A stretch of 42,281 nt of DNA from a virus (lineage: Duplodnaviria; Caudoviricetes): positions 1 to 42,281 of IMG/VR virus record IMGVR_UViG_3300032212_000040; one strand, written 5' to 3'. Each line of letters starts with the position of its first letter. Position 1 is the stretch's first letter. The position numbers and the translations under genes are program-made. The notes beneath the pieces are model-generated. The model was not told the origin of the DNA. It saw nothing but the letters and a program-made list of their open reading frames with translations, and ran no database searches. Shown in pieces: positions 15,912 through 24,813 of the stretch.

Positions 15912-18574
15912 TGCCTTTAACAGAATCAGAAGAGTTAGAATTACTAGAGCTTGAGCTTCTAGAATCGGAGCAAACTGCTCCTGTGTCTAAAGCTATGATG
16001 GGTGAAATTAGAGCAACACCCACTTTCGGTGAGAAAGCATTAGGTGTTGGAGAAGAGATTGCTAAAACAACACCAGAGATTGTAGGCGGTATAGCTGGTG
16101 GTGTTGTTGGGTCTTTGGCAGGTCCGGGACCTTCTAGAGTGCTAGGTACTCTCGGAGCTACAGCCGGTAAAGAAGTACAGCAATACTTAGGTTTTGAAGA
16201 AGACCAATCATTCTTAGATAATCTAGGTGAATCAGCTGTAGAAGAAGCTATTGGTGTTGGAATCACTAAAATAGCTAGACCTATTGCTAGAGCATCCTAC
16301 CCATTCTTACAACCTACACTACAAAGACTTGGCTTTAAAAGAGCCGCCACAGCTTTTGATAATTTAGTTATTACTAATGCTGACCTCGACCCAACTAAAA
16401 CCGGTGGTCGTACAGTTATAGAAGCACAAGAGAATCTTTTAGGTGAACGTAACTTATTAGCCTTTGAAGAAGTGAGTGGTCGAGCTGGGGGTGTTGCAGA
16501 ACGTAAACTACTCAGTAAGATGCAGATATCTAGAGAATTTGATAATAGGGAAACAGCTTTCCAGAAAGTAAGGGAAGCTCGTAATAAAACTATAGCAACT
16601 CAACTTAGAGGTGGTGGTGTAGAACCTAGCGTTGTTCTAGGTAATACACGTCAATCATTAGATGATAACATCACTAAGCTTGGAAAAGACTTGGATGCTT
16701 TAGAACCTAAATTAGCTGCATTACGTGAATCTACACAAGTGGAAGCTAGAGGTGTTGTACAAGCTATAGAAGAGCAACGCTCTCTATTACAACAAGCTGT
16801 TGGTTCAGATAAGGCCAATGCCCTTGTTAATAAGATTGTAAATACATTTACAGACGAAGCTGGTAATCTAAAAGAAACAGTGAGTTTGGCTGACATTAAG
16901 ATTATGGAGAGTAGCATTAAAGAAGGGCTTCCGGCCTATAAAGATAATGCTGTTGTTCAGAGCCAACTCTCAGGCTTGTATGCTAAGAGGCTACAGCCGG
17001 TGATTGGTAAGCTTAAAGCAGGTGCTAACAGCACTGTTGCTGCACAAGAAGGTTTGTTTGCAAGAAAAGCAACTCTTAAGAAGAGTTTAGAGAACTACAA
17101 GAAACAAATTAATAAGTCTGGTGTTAAAGCTGCTTGGACTAAAACGCCTACACTCACAGCAGCCGAGAACTGGAAGAACTTCGAAACCACCATGCTGTCT
17201 GCTGGCGAAGACGAAGTTGTACGCCTAGCTAGACAAGACTTTAAGAATGATGTTGTTAAGAAACTATTCACTAAAGCAACACATGGTGCTGGTAGAGAAG
17301 TTAGTGCTGCAAGAGCAGATGTTCTTTTAAAAGACAGGGATGTTCTAGAAGCTGTAGCTGGTAACCAATACACACAATTATTAGAAGATGCTCGTTTAAT
17401 TGCTGAAGCACAGACAACTACAAGAGCCTTCATCCCGCGCATCACAGCTCAGGGAGAGCGTGAGAAGCTTGGAAGAGAAGCAGCTCGTACAGCTTTAGGT
17501 AGTGTGTTTAGTCGTATTAACCTCATCTCAGGTGTTTTTGATAAAACATCCAGAGAAATACTGTTTGGTGATGTAGCTGATTCTGCCGTACTAAAAGCTA
17601 TTACAGGTGCTAAAGGTCAAGCTATTATAGAACGTGCTATGGCTGACCCATTAGGGACACCACAAGCTTATAATAACTTCGTACAGATTGCTAGAGAAAT
17701 ATACAGAGCTAGTGGTAAGGCACACGAAGTTATGTCTTACAATGAGTTTCTACAGCTAAATAGTCAAGAAGAAGTTGATGCCGGCGTGGGAAAGATCAAT
17801 AGCCTTTCCACGACATTTGATGACAACCTAACTGTTAAGGAGTTTGATAATGAATTTACTCAAGAACCTGTGGAAGAGGTTATGCCAGCTGAAGGAGAGC
17901 GTATGTTCGACTTACCTCCGGTTGTTACAGGTCCCGATGGCCAACCCTCCTCTACCCAAGAACTCTTACAGCAAGAGGGCGCAGCAGGTGAGGTGGATAC
18001 AGGAAAACCACGAGATGAGATTGGAACGCTTATACAGCAACTCGAAACAGGTTTGGCCAAAGATGTAGAGCAACCACTTCTAGAACTCTTAGAGATGGAA
18101 GAGGGCGTAAGGCTCAAATCTTATAAAGACAAGCTTGGTGTTAAGACTGTTGGTGTTGGCTTCAACATGGAACAAGAGAATGCTAAAGGCTTATGGGATG
18201 CTGCAGGTGTTCAAACGTCATTTGAGGATGTTTTAGCTGGTAGGAAAGAGATTACGGAAGAAGAAAGCCGTAACCTTCTTAGAATCACAGCTGATAGCGC
18301 CTTAGAGAGTGCACAGAGCATTATCCCAGAGTTCGAAGAGCTAACCCCTAACAGACAAGCTATATTGATTTCTATGGTTTTCCAGTTAGGTAAAACTGGG
18401 GCGGACAAGTTTAAAGGTATGAAGGCTGCTATTGCTAAAGGTGATTATTCTAAAGCGGCAGATGAGATGCTTGATAGCAGGTGGGCTAAACAAACACCTG
18501 AAAGAGCACAAAGAGCAGCATTAATGATGCGAGAAGATATATCAGAAGCAGAAGCAAGGGAAAAGGTTGCGTAA
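15911..18574 (+). CDS. Large ejection protein with C-terminal T4-type (GH24) lysozyme
   Basis: EGVRLKSYKDKLGVKTVGVG (E-8x-D-5x-T triad), MVFQLG, SRWAKQTPERA. Confidence 0.88.
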   Translation: MPLTESEELELLELELLESEQTAPVSKAMMGEIRATPTFGEKALGVGEEIAKTTPEIVGGIAGGVVGSLAGPGPSRVLGTLGATAGKEVQQYLGFEEDQSFLDNLGESAVEEAIGVGITKIARPIARASYPFLQPTLQRLGFKRAATAFDNLVITNADLDPTKTGGRTVIEAQENLLGERNLLAFEEVSGRAGGVAERKLLSKMQISREFDNRETAFQKVREARNKTIATQLRGGGVEPSVVLGNTRQSLDDNITKLGKDLDALEPKLAALRESTQVEARGVVQAIEEQRSLLQQAVGSDKANALVNKIVNTFTDEAGNLKETVSLADIKIMESSIKEGLPAYKDNAVVQSQLSGLYAKRLQPVIGKLKAGANSTVAAQEGLFARKATLKKSLENYKKQINKSGVKAAWTKTPTLTAAENWKNFETTMLSAGEDEVVRLARQDFKNDVVKKLFTKATHGAGREVSAARADVLLKDRDVLEAVAGNQYTQLLEDARLIAEAQTTTRAFIPRITAQGEREKLGREAARTALGSVFSRINLISGVFDKTSREILFGDVADSAVLKAITGAKGQAIIERAMADPLGTPQAYNNFVQIAREIYRASGKAHEVMSYNEFLQLNSQEEVDAGVGKINSLSTTFDDNLTVKEFDNEFTQEPVEEVMPAEGERMFDLPPVVTGPDGQPSSTQELLQQEGAAGEVDTGKPRDEIGTLIQQLETGLAKDVEQPLLELLEMEEGVRLKSYKDKLGVKTVGVGFNMEQENAKGLWDAAGVQTSFEDVLAGRKEITEEESRNLLRITADSALESAQSIIPEFEELTPNRQAILISMVFQLGKTGADKFKGMKAAIAKGDYSKAADEMLDSRWAKQTPERAQRAALMMREDISEAEAREKVA
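17850..18068 (+). CDS. Candidate nested out-of-frame gene (72 aa) inside the ejection-protein linker
   Basis: TAAGGAG 7 nt before ATG 17850; amphipathic basic N-terminus MNLLKNLWKRL. Confidence 0.4.
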   Translation: MNLLKNLWKRLCQLKESVCSTYLRLLQVPMANPPLPKNSYSKRAQQVRWIQENHEMRLERLYSNSKQVWPKM

Positions 18575-18577
18575 TAT

Positions 18578-18817
18578 ATGGAAGAAAGGCTTAGAAAAGT
18601 GGAACTGAAGCAAGCAGAGCATTCAGTGAAGTTAGACGAACACGGTAAGATGTTTGATAATTTCATGGAGACTATGGATAAGTTTGGCCACAATTTAGAA
18701 GAGAACACTAAGTTGCTTAGAGAGAATGCAGCTGTCCGTAGATTTATTTGGAAAGCTACACCCATAGTGTTAACTATCGTTGCTGTAGTAATTGCAGCTG
18801 TTAAATTATTTAAATAA
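18578..18817 (+). CDS. Holin/antiholin-like protein (coiled coil plus C-terminal TM)
   Basis: C-terminal PIVLTIVAVVIAAV; located in the lysis cassette. Confidence 0.6.
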   Translation: MEERLRKVELKQAEHSVKLDEHGKMFDNFMETMDKFGHNLEENTKLLRENAAVRRFIWKATPIVLTIVAVVIAAVKLFK

Positions 18818-18830
18818 GGAGAATGAGAGA

Positions 18831-18995
18831 ATGAGTTTTATTATTGAAAATCTAGATGCTATTATAAGTGCTGTTGAGGCTATTATAGCTGCAGCTATTG
18901 CTATTGCTGCTGTAACACCTACAGAGAAGGATGATGGTATCCTCAATCGTATTAGCAATGTATTTGCTAAACTAAAAGCTGTATTTAAAAAATGA
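18831..18995 (+). CDS. Holin-like small membrane protein
   Basis: AIIAAAIAIAAVTPTEKDD motif; AAGGAG RBS before ATG 18831. Confidence 0.65.
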   Translation: MSFIIENLDAIISAVEAIIAAAIAIAAVTPTEKDDGILNRISNVFAKLKAVFKK

Positions 18996-19198
18996 ATTGG
19001 TTAAAGGCTCTTTTAAGAGCTTGGGAAGCTGTTAAATACGGGGTGGCTTTCTATTTGGGAAAGAACCAAGCAGAGCGGGACGCTGCTCTAGATGCCATAA
19101 AGAGGGCAGAGAAGAGGAATAAGCTAGATGCAGAAATCGATTCTAATCCTAACGGTGATGATGTTAAGCGGCTGCGCAAACGCTGGCGCGGGATGTGA
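18992..19198 (+). CDS. i-spanin (Rz-like)
   Basis: N-terminal hydrophobic segment ending YLGK, then helix; overlaps the o-spanin. Confidence 0.65.
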   Translation: MNWLKALLRAWEAVKYGVAFYLGKNQAERDAALDAIKRAEKRNKLDAEIDSNPNGDDVKRLRKRWRGM

Positions 19199-19295
19199 GT
19201 GGGTGAAACCCATTGTAATATCAGGGCCTGTTTCTGTTAATACAGAAACTCAGATATTAAAGCATAATAATGCTTGGGAGCATTTCTGTGAGTAG
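19128..19295 (+). CDS. o-spanin lipoprotein (Rz1-like), 55 aa, absent from the ORF track
   Basis: MQKSILILTVMMLSG|C lipobox then CEWVKPI...QILKHNNAWEHFCE; GAGGA RBS; +1 frame overlap with the i-spanin. Confidence 0.85.
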   Translation: MQKSILILTVMMLSGCANAGAGCEWVKPIVISGPVSVNTETQILKHNNAWEHFCE

Positions 19296-20181
19296 TTTAA
19301 CAACCCCGCAAAGACTCAGGAAATACTTAGCTGCGCTAAGACTTCCATTTAATAAGAGTATTAAAAATATATTAGTGTCTAATAATGTACAAGATGCTAT
19401 AGATGAGGTGACAGATTTGGCACGACTAGATTATATGTTTGAGGCAGCAAAAGGTAATATAGAAGGTGCTTCTATAATCCAGAAGTTTGGACATAGTGAT
19501 AGTATAGGGACAACACTTGCAGTGGTGTCTGAAGGTAACATCTACCAAACACCAACTACGGCTACAGCCTTAGAGATAGTGTCTAGTGATGCTAATGACA
19601 CAGATGGTGGTAGTGGAGCTCAAACTGTAACAGTGTATGGGTTAGGTGCTGATTGGAAAGAGCAGAGTGAAACTGTAACTATGAATGGTACTACAGCAGT
19701 GGCTCTAACGAAGAGTTACACTAGAATTTTTAGAGCATATGTTACTACATCTGGTACTTATGCAACAGCAACAGCAGGAAGTCATGCAGGAGAGATAACC
19801 ATAAGAACATCTGGTGCTGGGGCTTCGTGGGCTCTTATTAAGGTGAATGGTCTTGCTTTAGGTCAGACGGAAATAGGTGTCTACACCATACCAAAAGGTA
19901 AGACAGGTTATTTAGTCTCACTACATGCACATGTTGAAACTAATAAACAAGTGGATATTTATGGGTTTATAAGGGATAATGCAGATGATGTAGTGTCTCC
20001 CTACTCAGGTGCGTTACGTGTGTTTTACCAAGCACACGGTGTTACAGAAGATGAAGACTTATCACCAAGGTCGGCATTAGGTGGTTTTGTAGGTCCTTGT
20101 GACATTGGTTTTATGGCAGAAGTGACTACAGGTACAGCTGGAGTCGGTATAGAATTTGAATTAGTATTAATAGATAATTAA
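19270..20181 (+). CDS. Putative virion structural protein (start possibly GTG 19288)
   Basis: KFGH, SSDAND..G.GA.TV, E.VT.NGT and YTIPKG motifs seen in aquatic-phage structural proteins. Confidence 0.65.
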   Translation: MLGSISVSSLTTPQRLRKYLAALRLPFNKSIKNILVSNNVQDAIDEVTDLARLDYMFEAAKGNIEGASIIQKFGHSDSIGTTLAVVSEGNIYQTPTTATALEIVSSDANDTDGGSGAQTVTVYGLGADWKEQSETVTMNGTTAVALTKSYTRIFRAYVTTSGTYATATAGSHAGEITIRTSGAGASWALIKVNGLALGQTEIGVYTIPKGKTGYLVSLHAHVETNKQVDIYGFIRDNADDVVSPYSGALRVFYQAHGVTEDEDLSPRSALGGFVGPCDIGFMAEVTTGTAGVGIEFELVLIDN

Positions 20182-20192
20182 GGAAATAAATA

Positions 20193-20534
20193 ATGGCAAT
20201 TACAGTTAAAACAGATGATGGTTTGCTTGAAAAAGTAACAGGAATCACAACTGGTAATGAATACATCTTTAAGGTTGACCCAACTAAACCTGTAAAGATT
20301 ACAGGGTTTGCTACATCTACAGGTGATGCTCGCGTTATGTATAGCACAGATGCCTCAGTGACACCTACAGACCTCACAGCAGCTACAAGCTCTATGGTTG
20401 TTAGCTCTCTTGGTAGTTTCACAGATGAGATTGGTGAAGAGATGGGTGTTGGTATTGAATGGGTGGCTGTAGACGTTGTCTCAGGCACATGGACAAGCAT
20501 CATTACACAACCAGATTCACGCGCAACAAAATAA
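20193..20534 (+). CDS. Hypothetical structural protein
   Basis: ORF track; AAGGA RBS; tail module context. Confidence 0.7.
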   Translation: MAITVKTDDGLLEKVTGITTGNEYIFKVDPTKPVKITGFATSTGDARVMYSTDASVTPTDLTAATSSMVVSSLGSFTDEIGEEMGVGIEWVAVDVVSGTWTSIITQPDSRATK

Positions 20535-20550
20535 CCGTTAAGGAGCTACT

Positions 20551-21699
20551 ATGCCTTTTAACCACAGCATAAACTGGCCTATAAATTCTAGTATTAACAA
20601 TAGTATCAACTTAGAAGCTGGAGCATTTTCTCCTCTAGATCTTTCACCCGCCTTATGGCTTGATGCTAGTGACACTTCCACAATCACGGCTGCTACAACA
20701 GATTATATCACAGGTGATAGCTCTAACTTTGAAGGTGGTACTGTTGGTAGCTGGTCTGCTGCTGGTGTATCAAATGTTGCTTCAACAGATTCGCCTCTTG
20801 CTGGTTCTTATTCAAATATTGTTACCAACACTGGTGGTGGTGGTGCTCGTAGAACTGAATTAACTGTATCTGGTTTGGTTGTAGGAGAAACCTACACATT
20901 CTCATGTAAATCAGTATTGTTATCTGGTACTAATTATCGATTTGCTGCTTGGACTATATCTGCTGACCCTAATATTACAAAAACAAATACTACAGTTGAA
21001 GATGTTGAGTTTGATGTTGTTGCGACAGCTACGACAGGACTTATTCGTATATATGCTGGCCTTGATACTGGACATTCCTTTAAAATTGATGATGTAAAGC
21101 TCCAACGTAAGATTTATGTTTCACAATGGGATGATAAGAGCGGTAATGGTAATCACGCAGTACAAGGTACTGGTTCTTTACAGCTCACTACAGGCGCAGC
21201 CACTATGAATAGTTTGAATATACTAACATTCAACGGCACTGTTCAAAATGAGATGACTTTCTCAAACATTTCATCCGCAGAGATGACTATGTTCTTTGTA
21301 TTCAGAAGGGTTTCTGGTAATGAAATTGTTTTAGGCGGTAATAGTGGCGGTCAAGGTGATAATTATCTGATGTCTGCGACTAATAGAGGTGAGTTTAGGA
21401 TTGGTGGTTCAGATTGGAAAAATACGCCAGTAATATCTGACACTGATGTTGTTCTTGTTATCAGGGGTTCTGATACAACAGGTGATTTTGATTATGCTTT
21501 TGGTACTGACGCTCTAACAACTATAGCAGAGAACCCTTCATTCCCTATAGGTACCGCAACTATAAATACTATTGGTTCTAGTTTCTTTGATTCTGTTTCA
21601 ACTGGTGGGTTTGCTGAGATTATAGTTGTACCTTCTCTAGTATCTGAGTCAGATATAGCAAGCACCCAAGCCCTTTTGGTTAATAAATGGACACCTTAA
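20551..21699 (+). CDS. Tail/spike protein: LamG-like lectin with an inserted carbohydrate-binding-like domain
   Basis: LWLDASD...VSQWDDKSGNGNHA...AEIIV...L.NKW; insert from SNFEGG..W to IDDVKL. Confidence 0.7.
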   Translation: MPFNHSINWPINSSINNSINLEAGAFSPLDLSPALWLDASDTSTITAATTDYITGDSSNFEGGTVGSWSAAGVSNVASTDSPLAGSYSNIVTNTGGGGARRTELTVSGLVVGETYTFSCKSVLLSGTNYRFAAWTISADPNITKTNTTVEDVEFDVVATATTGLIRIYAGLDTGHSFKIDDVKLQRKIYVSQWDDKSGNGNHAVQGTGSLQLTTGAATMNSLNILTFNGTVQNEMTFSNISSAEMTMFFVFRRVSGNEIVLGGNSGGQGDNYLMSATNRGEFRIGGSDWKNTPVISDTDVVLVIRGSDTTGDFDYAFGTDALTTIAENPSFPIGTATINTIGSSFFDSVSTGGFAEIIVVPSLVSESDIASTQALLVNKWTP

Positions 21700-23466
21700 A
21701 TGAGCGTATACACATCAACAGTTAAGCAAGATGTTATAGATGCAGCCGATGCATTCTTTGAAGAAATGAAAGCAGTACATATCGCTAACGGCGGTGTTGT
21801 AACTAATGGAGTTATTATACATGTAGAAGGGAAACAAGGTACTGAGCGTTGGGATGTTGTTGAATCATCCCATGATGATACAGTACATTGGATAAAAGAA
21901 CCTCCTTCTTCTGTTATACCTACAGATAGAAAAGATGCTGCTTTAGTCGGTAAGAATCTAACTAAGAAAGTCGCTCCAGATGACGCTTGGAAGAAATTCT
22001 CTTTGGATGGTGGTCATTGGACATTAGCTTTAAATACAAGCATAAATGGTACAACAGGTGCAAATCAATGGACAGATGTTAGTGGTAAAAACAACCATGC
22101 TACAGAAGCATCTAACCCACCTTTATTAGGTGTCAATACATTAAACGGTCATCCTGTTTATAACTTTGATGGCTCTAAGAAAATGACCACCCCTAACGCT
22201 ATAGCAACAGCAGAAACTCCTCTGGAAGATGAAACGTTATTTATTGTTTGTAGAGGACAGTTTGATGGATACCAATATTCATATAACCCAGCTTTGGGTG
22301 TTTCAGGTAAGTCATACTTGGTAGGTTCTTCTGAAGGTGGTAGAGATTTAAGTTGGCTTGTAAATGGTCAAGGTATAGGGACATCAGCACTAAGAGCTAC
22401 AGGTAAGTTATTAGATAATAATAGGTGGACTACAATAACATGTAGACGCTCCGTATCTCTTAATATTATTGAGTGGTTTGAAAACGGTAAACTTCTATCC
22501 AAGCAAACACATAATAATGGTTCTTTAGATTCTGGCTCTTATCTGATTGGTACAGACCAATGGAATCATAAGTTTATAGGAGATATTGCTGCTATATACA
22601 CATCTCCAACATATATGCCAGAACATACCAGAAAAGGTGTGGAGGCAGAACTTGTGCGTACATTCCAACATTATACACATGCAGATGAAATTACTAATAT
22701 GCACATAGGTGTTCAGAGATACTTCCATAGGAACGGCTATACATCATTAGCACAATTACCTGCTGAGGAAACGCTTTCAGTTGTTGCAGGACAATCAAAT
22801 GCTGTTGGATGGACTAGCAGCCCAATTACTGGTTTACCTGCTGCACTACAATTAGAGCAAACAGATATAAAGATTTGGGATGGGACAACGTTTAGCAATT
22901 TACATGCAGGGGTAAACAATCAAGGGGCATCAAATTTATATCACGGTGCAGAGATGACGCTTATGCGTACACTTGTTGATGCTCGTGGCGGTACAGGTTA
23001 TTTAGTTAAGTATGCAGTAGGTGGTACTAATCTACATACTGATTGGAATGTTCCTGATGGTTATAGGTATGGTAAACTTATAGAAACAGTAGAAGGTGCT
23101 ATATACGATATGGGTGATACGAATGGGATAAGGATGAACTTATCTGAATTACTCTGGTATCAAGGTGAGAACGATTCTGTTACATTAGAGGCAGGACAAG
23201 CCTATCTTCAAAATGAAATAGATTTATTTAACGCTATAAGAAATGAGTTTGGTGCTGGTATTTCGTTTCTTAATATACAAATTGTTTGGAACTCTAGCAA
23301 TGCAGGATATGATGCTGTAAGACAAGCAAAAGCAAACCACGCTGCCTTAGATGCTAACGTACATTTAGTAACTGAATGGACTGAAAAAACAACAGGTGAC
23401 CATATCAGTAGCCAAGAATCGCAAGATGTTGGTTATTGGGCAGCTCAAAAAGCTTTAGGGGTATAA
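21700..23466 (+). CDS. Tail protein with a LamG-like domain and a SASA/CE6-like SGNH carbohydrate esterase
   Basis: W.DVSGKNNHA; GQSN, GGT and WYQGEND blocks; C-terminal His (GDH). Confidence 0.8.
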   Translation: MSVYTSTVKQDVIDAADAFFEEMKAVHIANGGVVTNGVIIHVEGKQGTERWDVVESSHDDTVHWIKEPPSSVIPTDRKDAALVGKNLTKKVAPDDAWKKFSLDGGHWTLALNTSINGTTGANQWTDVSGKNNHATEASNPPLLGVNTLNGHPVYNFDGSKKMTTPNAIATAETPLEDETLFIVCRGQFDGYQYSYNPALGVSGKSYLVGSSEGGRDLSWLVNGQGIGTSALRATGKLLDNNRWTTITCRRSVSLNIIEWFENGKLLSKQTHNNGSLDSGSYLIGTDQWNHKFIGDIAAIYTSPTYMPEHTRKGVEAELVRTFQHYTHADEITNMHIGVQRYFHRNGYTSLAQLPAEETLSVVAGQSNAVGWTSSPITGLPAALQLEQTDIKIWDGTTFSNLHAGVNNQGASNLYHGAEMTLMRTLVDARGGTGYLVKYAVGGTNLHTDWNVPDGYRYGKLIETVEGAIYDMGDTNGIRMNLSELLWYQGENDSVTLEAGQAYLQNEIDLFNAIRNEFGAGISFLNIQIVWNSSNAGYDAVRQAKANHAALDANVHLVTEWTEKTTGDHISSQESQDVGYWAAQKALGV

Positions 23467-23490
23467 AAAAGGGAGCTACATGCTCCCTTC
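23465..23490 (-). terminator. Terminator between the convergent gene blocks
   Basis: GGGAGC-TACAT-GCTCCC hairpin with T6 on the - strand. Confidence 0.75.
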
Positions 23491-23507
23491 TCCATTAGAT
23501 GTGTCTA

Positions 23508-23891
23508 TTAAAACTTAATAGCTGCTCCAACACCAATTAGAGCTGTACCACCACCCGATACGGCTGCACTTCCCTTAATACGGATGCGGTCGTTCAAGTC
23601 TTTAGTTGCGCCTACGGCGAACGCTTGTTTACCATTATGTGTACCAATACCAATTCCAATTGCACCATCAACTTCTGGTAGGTTGGCAGAAGCTACAGCA
23701 GCTGCTAAACCACGAGATAGGTTGTTACTTTCTCGTTTAGCATCTCGCTCACGTTCAAACTCCATAGTGAAGTCTAAGTTGGCGGGTGCTCCAGTGCGAC
23801 CATTCTGACGGAAGTCATTTAGGTTTTGCGCATTAGCTGCTCCTACAACCATTGTAGATAACAACGCTGCTGTCATAAGTAGTTTATTCAT
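23508..23891 (-). CDS. YadA-like trimeric autotransporter membrane-anchor protein
   Basis: Signal peptide ...GAANA|Q, GLAAAVA..NLP, G.G.G.HNG.QA.AVG, C-terminal Phe. Confidence 0.85.
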   Translation of the reverse strand: MNKLLMTAALLSTMVVGAANAQNLNDFRQNGRTGAPANLDFTMEFERERDAKRESNNLSRGLAAAVASANLPEVDGAIGIGIGTHNGKQAFAVGATKDLNDRIRIKGSAAVSGGGTALIGVGAAIKF

Positions 23892-23926
23892 ATTAGTTTC
23901 TCCTCATTTAATATTAAACTAAGTAC

Positions 23927-23955
23927 ACCCTAACATAAAATAATGGACTTGTCAA
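23927..23955 (-). promoter_or_regulatory. Promoter for the YadA-anchor gene
   Basis: TTGACA-17 nt-TAGGGT with extended TG. Confidence 0.55.
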
Positions 23956-23978
23956 CATGTTTTTTAAGTTATTACCAA

Positions 23979-24770
23979 TTATAATTCCGACGTTGCTTCT
24001 TCTCCATCTTGCAACGTGGCTGTTTGGGTGAGATGCTTGTCATACATCATCTCCACTTTGTAGTCTAACAGAGTGCCTTCAGGACTCTCCATCACTTCAT
24101 CACAATGAGACTCTGTAATACTTGTCTCAGAGCTATGGAAGTCTTTCGCAGCTAGGGCTGCTCTATTCAGCCACACCACTTTAAAACCAAACTCTTTTAA
24201 CATACGTAATTCATTAGGGAATCTAGCATCATCACATGTTAGGTTCCCTATTTTGTCTTTAAGTGCTTCTCTAGCCATGATGACGTGTACCTCATGGTTC
24301 CACTTACGCATCACGTCTGTACCAAGCTGCTGCATAACCCTACGTGGAGATGTACTCTCTTCATTAAGCCAATCAAATAGGGCTAGACGTACATCACCAT
24401 ACATCTGGTCACCTGTAAGTCCTTTTAACATAGCCATAGGTGTTTGAGGCTCATCCATAAGGCGAGCATTAGCTCCAAACTCACTACAACCTAAACGTGT
24501 CAGTATTCCCTTACATATAGCTATTGTCACTTTGTCCAATCCACCAAGCTCACCAGATACACGTCTAATAATCTTCTCTTTGTTAGGTGCTTGCTTGAAT
24601 TTAGGATTGTAACACTCATCGTGTGTAAGCACACCAGCTTCTATTAACACTTCTTTCATTGGTGTAGCAAAGCTAAACTTATCAGCATCAAACGACTGTG
24701 TAAACACATCCGCTGCTCTGCTCTTACCACTTCCAGCCAACCCACAAAATGCCACTCTTTTCTCTGTCAT
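23979..24770 (-). CDS. Deoxynucleoside monophosphate kinase
   Basis: GLAGSGKS, SFA.PMK, PRRVMQQLGTD, DARFPNE and HSSE motifs. Confidence 0.9.
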   Translation of the reverse strand: MTEKRVAFCGLAGSGKSRAADVFTQSFDADKFSFATPMKEVLIEAGVLTHDECYNPKFKQAPNKEKIIRRVSGELGGLDKVTIAICKGILTRLGCSEFGANARLMDEPQTPMAMLKGLTGDQMYGDVRLALFDWLNEESTSPRRVMQQLGTDVMRKWNHEVHVIMAREALKDKIGNLTCDDARFPNELRMLKEFGFKVVWLNRAALAAKDFHSSETSITESHCDEVMESPEGTLLDYKVEMMYDKHLTQTATLQDGEEATSEL

Positions 24771-24781
24771 AGTCTCTCCTC

Positions 24782-24810
24782 AAAAGGAAGCACGCCCGAA
24801 AGCGTGCTCC
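24782..24810 (-). terminator. Intrinsic terminator
   Basis: AGCACGC-TTTCGG-GCGTGCT hairpin followed by TCCTTTT on the - strand. Confidence 0.65.
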
Positions 24811-24813
24811 AAG

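Noticed and set aside
3456-22919. Numerous antisense ORFs in the track within structural genes (e.g. 3456..3764, 6883..7173, 15886..16266, 20126..20503)
   Set aside because: Ser-rich shadows of the sense-strand codon bias; no RBS or promoter support noticed
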